Assembly: GCF_963921235.1 (NCBI RefSeq)
Contig: NC_086097.1
Coordinates: 152,894,001 to 152,958,000, forward strand
Direction: 5' to 3'
Origin: Mobula hypostoma
Taxonomy: Eukaryota
Length of the DNA stretch: 64,000 nt
The position numbers were made by a program, and so were the translations under genes. The notes beneath the pieces are model-generated. The model had not been told where the DNA came from. It saw only the letters and a list, made by a program, of their open reading frames with translations, and ran no database searches. Positions 1 to 11,791 of this stretch are shown piece by piece; positions within the stretch are counted from its first letter, which is position 1; every line of letters starts with the position of its first letter.

Positions 1-155
1 GCACCCCTCAATGTCTTATGCCCCAAGGAATAAAATTCTGGCCTTTCTGACCTCTTCCTATAACTCCAGCCCTCAGCTGTGGTAGCTTCCTTGTAAATCT
101 TCTTTGTTCTCTTTCCAATTTAGCTCTTTCCATCTTTCCTATAATGGGAGAACCA
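1..155 (-). mobile_element. Degenerate CR1-type LINE 3' fragment
   Basis: Reverse complement resembles the C-terminal part of the CR1 ORF2 at 33156-35771; heavily diverged, ends approximate. Confidence 0.55.
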
Positions 156-280
156 AAGTTACGCATATCTGAAATAAATGAAATCACGAGTAATGATAGT
201 GGGGTAGGTCTATGTATCAGTAATATGAATATTGAGTTTGTTTACATGGAACAGCATACAGATGAAAAATAAGAGGGTCT

Positions 281-1690
281 TGTCACAATGGGGTGCTGGG
301 AACAGACCCAAATGTGAGACACGGACACTGAAGTACAAGGAACAGGACTTGACTAGAGTAGGGATGTGACAGGATACAGACAAGGAGCAGGGACAAGAAT
401 GCAGACTTGGGCTAGGGAAAGCGGGACCAGGACTAGGAACCATGAACTAGTAGATAAGGCTTGGACTCCGAGCCAGAGAGTGGACAAGGACCCAACCCAG
501 AACCTGGGTCTTGCCTTGGGCTCAGACCCCAGAACCAGCCAAGGACATGACATGGCTTCAGGACTGGATGATGCTGGGGTCTAGAGGCATGAGCTTGGAG
601 ACAGGCTGGGGTCTTTACTCTTGAGGCTTGAAGCTGGGGTCTTGGGTCCCGAGCTTGGCTGGAGGCTGGGGTCTTGGGTCCCGAGCTTGGCTGGAGGATC
701 GGGTCTTGGGTCCCGAGCTTGGCTGGAGGATCGGGTCTTGGGTCCCGAGCTTGGCTGGAGGATCGGGTCTTGGGTCCCGAGCTTGGCTGGAGGATCGGGT
801 CTTGGGTCCCGAGCTTGGCTGGAGGATCGGGTCTTGGGTCCCGAGCTTGGCTGGAGGATCGGGTCTTGGGTCCCGAGCTTGGCTGGAGGCTGGGGTCTTG
901 GGTCCTGAGCTTTGGCTGTGGGATCATTGAGGCTTGGTTCTTGGAATGTGGAGGCTGATAACTCAGAGGCTGGAGATCAGTGACAGACTGGGAACTGTAC
1001 ATTGACATAGAGCCGGGACTTATCCATCAAAAAGCCGAGACTCATCTTTAACATGACATTAACACGAGACTGGACAATACATAGACATAGAGCCGGGACT
1101 TATTCTTAATCAAGCTGGGACTCAACTTTATCTCCACACCAAGGTGGGATAGGTATACCTGTTGGGTAACGGCAGAATGGCCAGACTTACCCAACAGAGG
1201 CAAAGACAAGACAAGACAGGTCCCTCCACAGGGCAACAGCAAAACAGCCTGACTTACCCCACAGAGGTGAGGACAGGAAGAGAAAAATACCAAAGAACGA
1301 CAGACAGTTCCTCCTCTGCATCAGGGTTGCTCCAAGTTGCAGTTTGGCCAGCAATCTCAGCTGGCCCGGGAAACAGCCGAATCCATACTGCAGAGACAGC
1401 TCTGACTACCAACAGCAAGACTCCATTAAGTGATGGTTCTCTAACGCAGCCTAAAGGTGGTAAGTGACCGCTCTAGCCTTTCACCAGCAAGTTGCTCCCA
1501 GGGAATCTTGACAAGGCAAACCAGCCACTTACACTCAACCCCAAGGCCACTTATATTCCAAGCCTCAAGATGGGAATCAGGTGCCTGTGATTAACTCAAA
1601 CAAATGGGGGACAGCTGGAAGACCCGGAGTCCTGAGTCCACGGACTGGACCGTGAACCGGAATGTGAACATCACAGACCGGACCATGACA
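281..1690 (-). mobile_element. Solo LTR (Gypsy-like)
   Basis: Starts TGTCA (281) and ends TGACA (1690), flanked by a perfect 5-bp TSD GGTCT (276-280, 1691-1695). TATA-like TATAAG on the minus strand near 1550. No internal coding domains. Confidence 0.85.
630..918. repeat. 32-bp minisatellite, ~9 copies, inside the solo LTR
   Basis: Unit GGGTCTTGGGTCCCGAGCTTGGCTGGAGGATC; the CTTGGG anchor recurs at 641, 673, 705, 737, 769, 801, 833, 865 and 897. Confidence 0.95.
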
Positions 1691-2932
1691 GGTCTAAAAT
1701 ACATACCAGAGGAAAATGCGTGGAAGTGGATGATTCTCATCAACAGTCACTGAACTCCAAAAAACATACATAATTCTTGTGCACTCCAGTATATTTAAGC
1801 TGCAATCTGTAAGTCATGTATTTATCGCCTGATCTTACGGTACCTGAAATTTCAACACCATCCGGTTTAAAAAAAATATTAAGTTGGATTTTAGTATGAA
1901 CCTGTGGAATAATAACTTAAATGACCAGTAACAATTGGACACCAGGACCAACTTTAATTTCTACTGAAGTTAAAATGAAGGAAGTTTTATATAAAATTTA
2001 CTGGGTACCTTATACGTGGCTGTTGCTATAGTAAGCACGCAGTGGTAAAAATCTTTTTGAAAACTAACTCGTTCTTCCTACCATGATTTGCTTATTTTAT
2101 TGTAACAATTTTCTTATGTGTAGCATGTTATGAAATGATTACTGAAAATAATTGTTGTGTTTCTGAAAGCTAGCATAGTGTTCTTGAAAGTGATGACAGG
2201 CTTCTGAAAATGATCAGGCTCCTGAACATGCTTTCAAGGATATCAGCAGCACTGCAATAAAAATATTGATTTCTGATTTTTTTATCTTTCGAAAGGATAC
2301 ACTAGAGCCTTCCTTTTGGCTTTTTTCTTGTTCTTCAAGGAAAGGACTCAAAATGTGCACAATGGAAGCTGCAGGACATGTTTTTGAAAACTTTCATCTA
2401 TTCGAGTTAACCATCAGCCTATTACTGCAGATTGGATTATAGTGCTAACATCAGATGCAAATGATACTGTAGCCAAATGCTTAGATTTTTCCAATTTTTT
2501 TAAGCAGAGAATCAATACAGTAGTATTGTTCAGTTTCCAAAGCCAACTCCGTTCGGTTCTGCACATTAGAAGAGGTCTGAGATGAATCTTGCAGAGTGGA
2601 GGACAGCAAAAGTAATCTCAGTATTTCAAAAAGGAAGGAATGAGTAACTAGAGAACCTCTGACATTGATAATGGGGAAAATATTGATATCTATAATAGAG
2701 TATGTGATATCGAGAGTCTGAGAAAATATTAATATGATTGAGTAGAGTCTACATAGATCTAAAAGTTCAAAATTCAATGTAAATTTATAATCAAAATATC
2801 TATATGTCACCATATAGTACCACAAGATTAATTTGCTTGCAATAATTCATGGTAGAAGAAAGAAATACAATAGAATATGGAAAACTACACACAAAGACTG
2901 ACAAACAACCAATGTGCAAATGAACACAAACT

Positions 2933-5280
2933 ATCCACTGGGGTTTTGTCTAGCTTTAAACTTGCTCTCTAATTTACTGAATCAGATGAAAAAAGGATAT
3001 CAAATCAGAAACAACCAAACAAATTATACCTTGACGCCCCTTCTATACCATAGATGATTTGAAATTATACGCTTTTTCATCAGCAAAGCTAAAGCAATTA
3101 ATTCAAATAGTAGAACAGCTTTTGAAAGGAATAAGCATGAACTTTGGACTGGATAAGTGCAGAACATTAAACATAAAGAACGGTGGAATAGAGCTCACAG
3201 AATATAAAATGGAACAACAAGATATAATACAACCAATGGATGAATATGAAACATTTAAGTATTTGGGATATCAACAAGTAAAGAAAATAGATCATAGTGT
3301 GCTAAAGGGAAGGTTTTTGACAGAATTTACTTCAAGGCTTTGGAAAATCTGCTAGAGTTCCATAGTAAAAATCTAACAAAGGCAATAAACACTTACACTG
3401 TACACATATTAATGAATTCTTTTGGCATAATATTTTGGTTCTCTGAAACTGGTATGCAAAATTTCCAAGGAATAATAAAGACTGAAATGAAACATTTTAG
3501 GAAACAATATATGCACTTGAATGCACTTGGATTAACACTACTTAGGACAGAAAGAGGAAGAGGAATAGCAGACATTAAAAAGTTACACAAGATTCAGATA
3601 AAACATTTTATCTTCATCAATTTATATTTTTGTCAATGAAAACAATGAAAACAGGATTTAGCACTCCATTTGAACGTATGCAATTCTGATAAGAAGTACA
3701 CACCACTAAACATAAATGAAAGCATAACCCAGAAAAATGAAGAAGTTATCATTATAGAAGAAAAGGATAATCAATGAAAAAGCGTATCTCCATGGAAGGA
3801 ATCCCCATGATCTGAGCAGACTAGATATTGACATCAAAGTATCAAACGCCTGGCTCAGACTTGGAGATATCTTCCCAGAAACAGACAAAAGAGGTTTAGA
3901 TTTAGATTTAGATTATGAAGACACGTAGTCCTCTTTTATTGTCATTTAGTAATGCGTGCATTAAGAAATGATACATTATTTTCTCCGGTGTGATATCACA
4001 AAACACAGGACAGACCAAGACTGAAAAAACTGACAAAACCACATAATTATAACATATAGTTATAAACAATGCAACAATACCATAACTTGATGAAGAAGTC
4101 CATGAGCACAGTAGAGTTCAAAGTTTTTCAAATGTCCCACATCTCACGCAGATGGGAGAAGGAAGAAAAACTCTTCCTGCCATGCTGACCACAATCCGAC
4201 TCTGAGTCATCCGAAAACTTTGAGCTCTGATCAGCTCTATGACACTGAGTACTGAGCGCCATCTCTGTCTGAACGATTTGACCTCCTTCTCGGTCGCCAA
4301 AAGCTGGCAAGGCCGGGGATTTTGAGGCCTACCCTCCGAAAGATTCCCGTCCACACAGTAATGACAGCAACGAACGGGCGTTTCAGAAATTTCTCCAGAT
4401 GTTCCTCTGTGCTTTCACATCCATTCTCCATCAAATCAGAATTGTCCACGGCCCCTATTTAACAGATACGATATCATTTTTCACCGGACGGCTGTGCACA
4501 CGCAGGCACGCAGCAATCTTCTCCTCCCACCTTACAAGGTTCCTAGTGGCAATACAAGACCAGGTGGTTAACACAAAAAAATATCAAAAATATATAATAA
4601 AAGACCAATGTTTAAGATGATAAATGCAGTAAGTACCACGAGAAACCAGAAATAATCCAACACATTACAAGATCCTGTAGCAGTTGAACATGATCTGATT
4701 ATTTAAACAAGCACAATCAAGTGGCAAACATCATTCACCAAAATCTTGCTTTAAAATACAAACTCAGAAAAGATGACTATTTCTTACAGGTCTTATCCAG
4801 TTTTAGAGTAAAAGTCCTACATATTATATTACGGCATCTATTTTTACAGATAGGACAACCCATAACTGTCTGGATATAATATTGTAGGATAAACAAGCAA
4901 GAACAACTTATTTAATAGATAGCACCATTCCAAACAGAGACAACATACAGAAATCAACAAGTGAAAAACACCAGAATTATGCAGAATTTAAAGAGGAAAT
5001 TGAAATACTATGGAACATGAACATGGTATTTCTACATAATGTCTACAGTAATATCTATAGTAATATCTAAAAATAAATCACTACACAATAGCATTAAATA
5101 ATTAGTGTTACACAACAATATCTATGTAAATCTTCAGAAAACCACAATACTAAACAGCACTAGAATAGCCTGGAATGTCCTAGCAATTAACAAATTAGCA
5201 TGCTTGACTATGCCTGTACCTCAGGTTTTACCAGCTTGAACTGAGAAAAAAATAAAAATAATAATAATAATAATAGTAAT
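2933..5280 (+). mobile_element. R4/Dong-clade non-LTR retrotransposon, 5'-truncated and degenerate (RT plus restriction-like endonuclease)
   Basis: Frame-broken motifs: PLGFCLALN, DDLKLYA, MNFGLDKC, FKYLG, GGRGI-like ERGRGIADI, GDIFPET..FLVAIQDQVVNTK, a CCHC-like knuckle near 4622-4690, an RLE-like region (TYLIDSTIP...YAEFKEEIEILW), and a (TAA)n tail at ~5258-5280. Confidence 0.8.
3896..4531 (-). mobile_element. Short non-autonomous retroposon with (AATCT/AAATCT)n tail, nested in the R4 element
   Basis: Interrupts the R4 motif GDIFPET|FLVAIQDQ. Minus strand ends AATAAAAGAGGACTACGTGTCTTCATAATCTAAATCTAAATCT. Homologous to 31248-31883. Confidence 0.8.
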
Positions 5281-5569
5281 AGGTAAAACAGTAAATAAAC
5301 TATACTGAGAACATAGAGTGCTTGAAAGTGTGTCCATAGGCCGTCTTCAGTGATCAGATCAGTGTTGAAGTGAGTGGCATTATCCACGCTGGTTCAGGGT
5401 AATAATTGTTCCTGAGCCTGGTTTTGTGGGACATAATTCTCCTGTACATTTTTCTGATGGGAGCAGCAAGAAGAGAGCATGGGGATCCTTGATGATGGGG
5501 GCTGCTTTCTTGTGGCAGTGTTCCATGTAGATGTGCTAGAAAGGAAATAATGTCAATTATCCCATAGGG

Positions 5570-6840
5570 ATCTATTTGTAGAGTGCATGATGGGGGGAGC
5601 CAATTACTGTGATGTATTTGGATCTCCCAAACAGGAGGCTGGTGAACAAAGTTAGAGCATATAAACTGGAATAAATTTTTTCATAGATTGAGGGTTGGTT
5701 AATTGATAGAAAATAAAGAGTAGGAATAAGCAAGTGCTATTCAGGTTGGCAGGCTGTATCTAGTGGAGTGCTGCAGGCTTCAGTGATCGACCCCATCTAT
5801 TCATCTACAGTGGATTCCGGTTAATTGGGTTCATTGGGACCAGTACATTTTGGCCCAGTTAAGTGGCTGCTCCTATTCGCTGAAGATTTATGGGAACAGT
5901 TAAAAGGTATAAAATAGACAAACTCTGTAACAATTGATGTATTTAAATGAAATACAAAGCAAATTAGAACACTACCAATACTACTGCAGTAAGTAAAATT
6001 GTGTTTTAGTTCCTAATACTTAATGATGGCGGAATTCATCCGCATCACATTCATTTACTGTAATGAGCAAGATCTGCACAGACACCTAGTACCAAAACCA
6101 CTGTTGACAGCTGCTTCCTCCAAATTTTCATTTTTATTATAACATTCAAGATGATTGCCCATAACTTCAAACTCTTCTTAGTTTATAGTTTGACGAAATA
6201 GTGAAAACATTTTATTTTCAATCCTGACTGTTCCAGGCATCTTCAAGCATGAATACTTGAAACAGCAGAGAGCAAATCAGTTCTGAATTGCCTTACTGCT
6301 TATTTTTCACCAGATATCAGTGACAAAAATTGCTGCTTTTTGAACGCAAACTCAAGCAACTGATGTTATTGAAAAACTGTCCACTCTAAGCACAGGGTAG
6401 AGTCTAACGGCCACTCAAACACATGCAACTAACACTAATTAGAAACTGTTCGGCAACAATTTCCTGCCCCATTTAAGGGGTATTATGTCCCAAATAAATG
6501 AAGGGAATCCCAGCTATTTTCTTAATTTATGTTTGTTCTTTAAGAGTTGTCTAAAATAAACAACAGCCCAATTAACTGATTGCGCAGTTAACCGAAATCC
6601 ACTGTCTATAATCTTGTTGCGAGGACAAAGTGTGCTGATAACACAAAAATAAGCAGAAATGTGAGCCTGGATGAAGATGCAAATTAGCAACCACAGCAGA
6701 CACTTAGTAAAGCAAATAGTTTGTTGACTTATGCTGCAAGAGGATTTAAATACAAGAATATGTACTACAGTTATATAGGGACTTGGTAATACCAAACTTG
6801 AAGTATTAATGTATAACTTCTGTCTCTATGCTTGCTGTAG
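5570..6840 (+). mobile_element. Degenerate CR1 RT fragment interrupted by a MITE
   Basis: Remnants of VYLDF, KVRAH, SGVPQGSV and ADDTK motifs lie on both sides of the 5808-6604 insertion. Confidence 0.65.
5808..6604. mobile_element. Tc1/mariner (Tigger/pogo-like) non-autonomous DNA transposon, copy 1
   Basis: TA then CAGTGGATTCCGGTTAA at the left end; TTAACCGAAATCCACTG at the right end (TIRs). Confidence 0.8.
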
Positions 6841-7060
6841 GGCAAAAGAAATGAAATTCAGCAGATAAGTTCCCATCAATTCATTTGTTTTCTGACTGTT
6901 CATTGGACTGTAATATTCACAATACAGTAAATACTGAAGCTGTATGTAAAAAGCTTTGATTGCACATGATATTCCATACTGTTTGGTAGTTAACTGGTTT
7001 CAATAACAGGTACAAGGAAATATGGAAGTTTGTATTTTCCACCCTCAATAAAACTATGAA

Positions 7061-7886
7061 AAGTGGATTCCTGTTAACTAATCCATTCGTTAATCAGGGC
7101 AGCCTCTTATTTGGGACAACTCTTAAAGAACAAAAACTAATCCAGATAATGACCAGGATTTCCTTTGTTTATTTGGGATACTATACCGCTTAATTGGTAA
7201 AGGAAACTGTTGCAAAACAGTTTCTAACTGGCATCAGTTGTGTGCACTTGAGTGGCTATTAGACATTACAGTGTGCTTGGAGGGAATAGTTTTTAAATAG
7301 CATCAGTTACGTCTGTTTGTGTTCAAAAAGCAATGATAACTGGTGAGAAATAGCAGTAAAGCAATTCAGACCAATTTTGTTCACTGCTGTTTCAAGTATT
7401 CAGGCTTGGAAATGCTAGGGACAGCCGGGAGTGAAAATGAAATGGATTTCATTACTTCAACAAGTCAGGAACTATGAAGAATTTGAAGATATCAACAATC
7501 ATCTTGGATGTTACAATGAAAATAAAGATTTGGAGGATGCAATCATAGAAAGCATTTTATGAAGACATTATCTGCACTTGGTGTTTGCACTGATTTTGTT
7601 CATTTACAGTCAATCAAAAGTTACAGTAGCATACACTGGATGAATTCCTGCATCAGTAACTATTAAGAACTAATACACAACTTTATAGAACTGTAGTAGT
7701 ATTGGTAGTGTTCTAATTTTTCTGTATTTCATTTAAATACATAATTTGCTACTCAGTTAAATGGTAGTTTGTATTTTTTTGTACTTTTTGAACTATTTCC
7801 ATGAAACTTCCACTAATTTGGAGCAGCCGCTTAACTGGGTCAAGATGTATTGGTCCTGATGTGTGCTAATTAACTGGAATCCACTG
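7061..7886. mobile_element. Same Tigger-like MITE family, copy 2, opposite orientation
   Basis: AAGTGGATTCCTGTTAA ... TTAACTGGAATCCACTG; internal sequence is the diverged reverse complement of copy 1. Confidence 0.8.
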
Positions 7887-8789
7887 CAGTTCCTGAAAAC
7901 CCTTTTAAACTCATGGTGTTTGACCACATGAAATATGACACAAAATTAACTTTTTTAATGTTTTGAAAACAGGTAACAGAGGCAGCAGAAAGAAGAGGGG
8001 GAGAAAAACTGATCCAGAAAGGGATGGGACAATGCAAAACTTAACATTGCAAAAAAAGCAGAAATTGCATTAATAATTGTTTAGGTCAGTGAGGCTTTAT
8101 CTTAAAATGAAGACCTTTCTGCCCTGAGGACATTGCAGTAAGGAGGGGCAGTTAGGAAGATCATCGGAAGCTATGTTTCATTAGATCATTGTCAGATTTA
8201 TTGATATCTTAAAGTAGTTTGCAAGCACACTAAATTTTAGAGCATAGATTGTAGAACATTAAAACACATAGGCATTTTAACCTACTCTAAAATCAATCTG
8301 ACCTCCTCAAATTAGCATTAAATCTTGAAGGCAGCTTACAAGACTCATCTTTCTATTAAGGAGTCCTTCACATTTCATACAAGTAATTCCTATTCCTTCT
8401 CAGCTAGGAAGTAAAATGGAGACTTCACTTTGGTAGCTTTCTTTCCTTTTGCCAAGTAGAAATATTTGCACCTAATGACTGTATACTACAAGACCCGATC
8501 TGGAGCAGACAAAATAATCTTACTCATAGAAGATCAGCAGTGTAATGATCACCCTGACTTTTCCTTAGTGACTCTAGCACTTGTATGTCTATTGGTGAAT
8601 TAGTGCTCAGCTGCTCTGTTAAGGTGCAAACTTGTGTGAGAGGGGGGTCATTATTGTGTCCCTGGAAGAGTCTGACAGTGTAGCATGTTGTGCATCACAG
8701 AAATATAGGGTGGCCAATCATCCATAACTACCTGTACATGTGAGGAACGGTACTCTTTTCTATTGGTGAAATGTTCCCATTCATTAATG

Positions 8790-11635
8790 AATGGGACACG
8801 GAATGGCTTGTTGCCTCCCAGGTGCTAGGGTCAAGGATGTGTTTGATCACATCCAAAACATTTTGAGAGGGAGGGAGAGCAGTCAGATGTCTTGGAACTG
8901 ATTGGTATGAATGACATAGGAAGGAAAAGAAAAGAGGCCTTGAAAAGAGAATTTAGAGAGCTAGGTAGAAAGCTGAGAAGCAGGAGCTCCTGGGTAGTAA
9001 TTTCTGGATTGCTGCTTGTGCCACAAACTTTTGAGGGTAGGGACAGGATGATTTGGCAGATTAATGTGTGGCTCAGAAACTGGTGCAGGGGGCAGGGCTT
9101 CAGGTTCTTGGATCATTAGGATCTCTTCTGGGGGAGGTATGTCCTGTAGAAAAGTGACAGGTTGCACCTGAATCCGAAGGAAACCAATATTCTAGTGGGC
9201 AGGTTTGTTAGAACTGTTTGAGGGGGATGGGTTTAAACTAATTTGGCAGGGGTTTGGGAAATGGAGTGAAGACACTCAGGATAGGACGGATAATAAAAAA
9301 AACAAAGATAGCGTGCAGTCAGATTGTCAGGAAGGGCAGGCAGATGATAGGACATATTTGCAGCCAGCAGGGTGAGTATCGGTGAAATAGGGATGCAGAA
9401 TCAAAAAGGGTAGGTAATGCAGCACTCAAAGTGACATATCTCAGTGCATAAGAAATAAGGTAGATGTTCTTGTTGCACTATTACAGATTGTCACGTATAA
9501 TGTTGTGGCCATCACTGATTCGTGGCTAAAGGATGGTTGAGGTTGGGAGTTAAATGCCCAAGGTTATTCATTGTATCGGAGGGATAGGAAGGTAGGCAAA
9601 GAGGATGGCGTGGCTATGCTGGTGAAGAATGGCATCAAATCAGTACAAAGATGTGACCTAAGATCATAAGATCTTGAATCCTTGTGGGTTGAGTTAAGAA
9701 ACTGTAAGTGTAAAAGGACCCTGATGGCAGTTATATACAGGCCTCTCAACAGTAGCTGGAATGTGAACCATAGATTACAACAGGAAACAGAAAAGGCGTG
9801 TCAATAGGGCAATGTTATGAGGGAAATGGTGAAGTATGAAAGCAAGGCAGCAAACAATATCAAAGTGGATAGTAAAACCTTTCTCAAGTACGTAAAAATT
9901 AAAGAGAGATGAGGGTGGATATAGGACCATTAGAAAATGAGGACGGAGAAATAATGAGGGCCAAGGAGAAGGCAGATGAACTAAATTACCATATTGCATC
10001 AGTCTTTACTGTGGAAGACACTAGCAGGGCACCAGAGTTGCAGTGTGGTGGGGAAGAGAAATGAGAGCAGTTACTATTACAAGGGAGAAGGTGCTCAAAA
10101 AGCTGAAAGACCAAAGGGTACATAAGTCACCTGATCCAGGTGAACTGCACCCTAGGATTCTGAAAGAGGAAGTGGTAGGGATTGTGTAGGCATTAGTAAT
10201 GATCTTTCAAAAACTATTGGACTTTGGCATGGTGCTGGAAGACTGCAAAAAAGCAAATGTTACTCCACTCTTCAAGAAAGGAGGAAAGCAGCAAAAAAGA
10301 AATTATAGACCAGCTAGCCTGACATCAGTGGTTGGGAAGATGCTGGAGTTAATTGCTAAGGATCAGGTTATGGAGTACTTGATGACACAGGACAAGATAG
10401 GACAAAGGGAAGAATTTCCTTAAGGGATAATCTTCAGAATAACCTGTTGGAATTCTTTGAGGAAATTACACATAAGATAGATAAAGAGGATGCAGTGGAT
10501 GTGGTATATTTGGACTTCCAGAAAGCACTTGGCAAGGTGCCACACATGAAAGCCAATGATATTACAGGAAAGTTACTGGCATGCTTAGTGCATTGGCTGA
10601 TTGGTAAGAGGCAGCGAGTGGGAATAAAAGGATCCATTTCTGGTTGGCTGCTAGTCAGTAGTGCTGTTCTGCAGGGGTCAATGTTAGGACTACCTCTTTT
10701 TATGCTTTATACAAATGATTTAGATGATAGAGTAGATAGTCTTGTTGCCAAGTTTGCAGATGATAGGCAGGTAGGGTTGAGGAAACATGTAGAGTGCAGA
10801 AGGACTTAAGACAGATTAGGAGAATGGGCAAGAGAGTGGCAAATGGAACACAATGTTTGAAAATGGTCATGCACTTTGGTAGTAGAAATAAATGTGCAGA
10901 CTATTTTCTAAGCAGGGAGAAAGCCCAAAAATCTGAGTTGCAAAGAGGCTTGTACAGAACACCCTAAAGCTTAACTTGCAGGTAGAGTTAGTGGTGAGGA
11001 AGGCAATGTTAGCATTCATTTCAAGAGGTCTAGAATACAAGAGCAAGGATGTGATGCTGAGGCTTTATAAGGCACTGGTGAGGGCTCACCTTGAGTATTC
11101 TGAACAGTTTTTGGCTCCATGTCTATGAAAAGATGTGTTTGTATTGGAGAGGGTTCAGAGGAGGTTCACAACAATGATTCTGGGAATGAAAGGGCTATCA
11201 TACGAAGTACGATTGATAGCTCTGGCTCTGTACTCACTGGAATTTAGAAGGATGAGAGCAATCTCATTGAAACCTTTCTAATCTTGAAAGGCATAGACGA
11301 AGAAGATGTGGAAAGAATGTTTCCCATGATGTGGACATCTAGGAAAAAATGGCACAACCTCAGGATAGAGGGGCGTCAATTTAAAACAGCGAAGTGTTGA
11401 AATTCCTTTAGCCAGAAGGAGGTGAATTTGTGGAAATTATTACCACAGGCAGCTGTGGAGGCCAGGTAATTGGCAGAGATTGTTATGTTCTTGATTGGAC
11501 ACAGCATCAAAGGTTAGGGGAGAAGGCCAGGAAGTGGGGCTCAGGAGGGGAAAAAAGAATCGGCCATGATTGAATGGTGGAACAGAGTTGATGGGCCAAA
11601 TGGCCAAATTCTGCTCCCAATGTCTTATGGTCTTA
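8790..11635 (+). mobile_element. Degenerate CR1 LINE: ORF1 esterase remnant plus ORF2 with internal deletion
   Basis: CLPGARVKDV and IGMNDIGR (SGNH esterase-like); endonuclease remnants; NYRPASLTSVVGK, VVYLDFQKA and KFADD; 3' tail near 11620-11635; many stops and frameshifts. Confidence 0.85.
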
Positions 11636-11791
11636 TTAAAGGAAGCCCTTATGAACACATTAGCACAGTCAATGGATGCATGCATTTATGCAAAGTATTA
11701 ATGTTGGTAGATACCAGTGCCTGAGATGCTACCTGCTTCCTTCTGAAATCAGAATAGATATAAATCATCATTTTATCCTTGAAATGTGGCA

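Larger units (their letters stand above)
2761..5540 (-). mobile_element. Rex1/Babar-like LINE 3' remnant, split by the R4/Dong insertion (pieces ~2761-2932 and ~5281-5540)
   Basis: 3' UTR and ORF-end text similar to the Rex1-like copies at 15990-16232 and 25715-27170. Confidence 0.6.

Noticed and set aside
630..918. CRISPR-like regular repeats and the repetitive ORFs at 433-1008, 621-908, 628-930 and 674-958
   Set aside because: Units are head-to-tail with no unique spacers and there are no cas genes; the ORFs are by-products of a stop-free minisatellite.
1707..1843. Possible minus-strand host exon (TTTCAG acceptor, GTATGT donor)
   Set aside because: All three frames contain stops over the 137 bp and no recognisable protein results; a UTR exon cannot be supported without transcripts.
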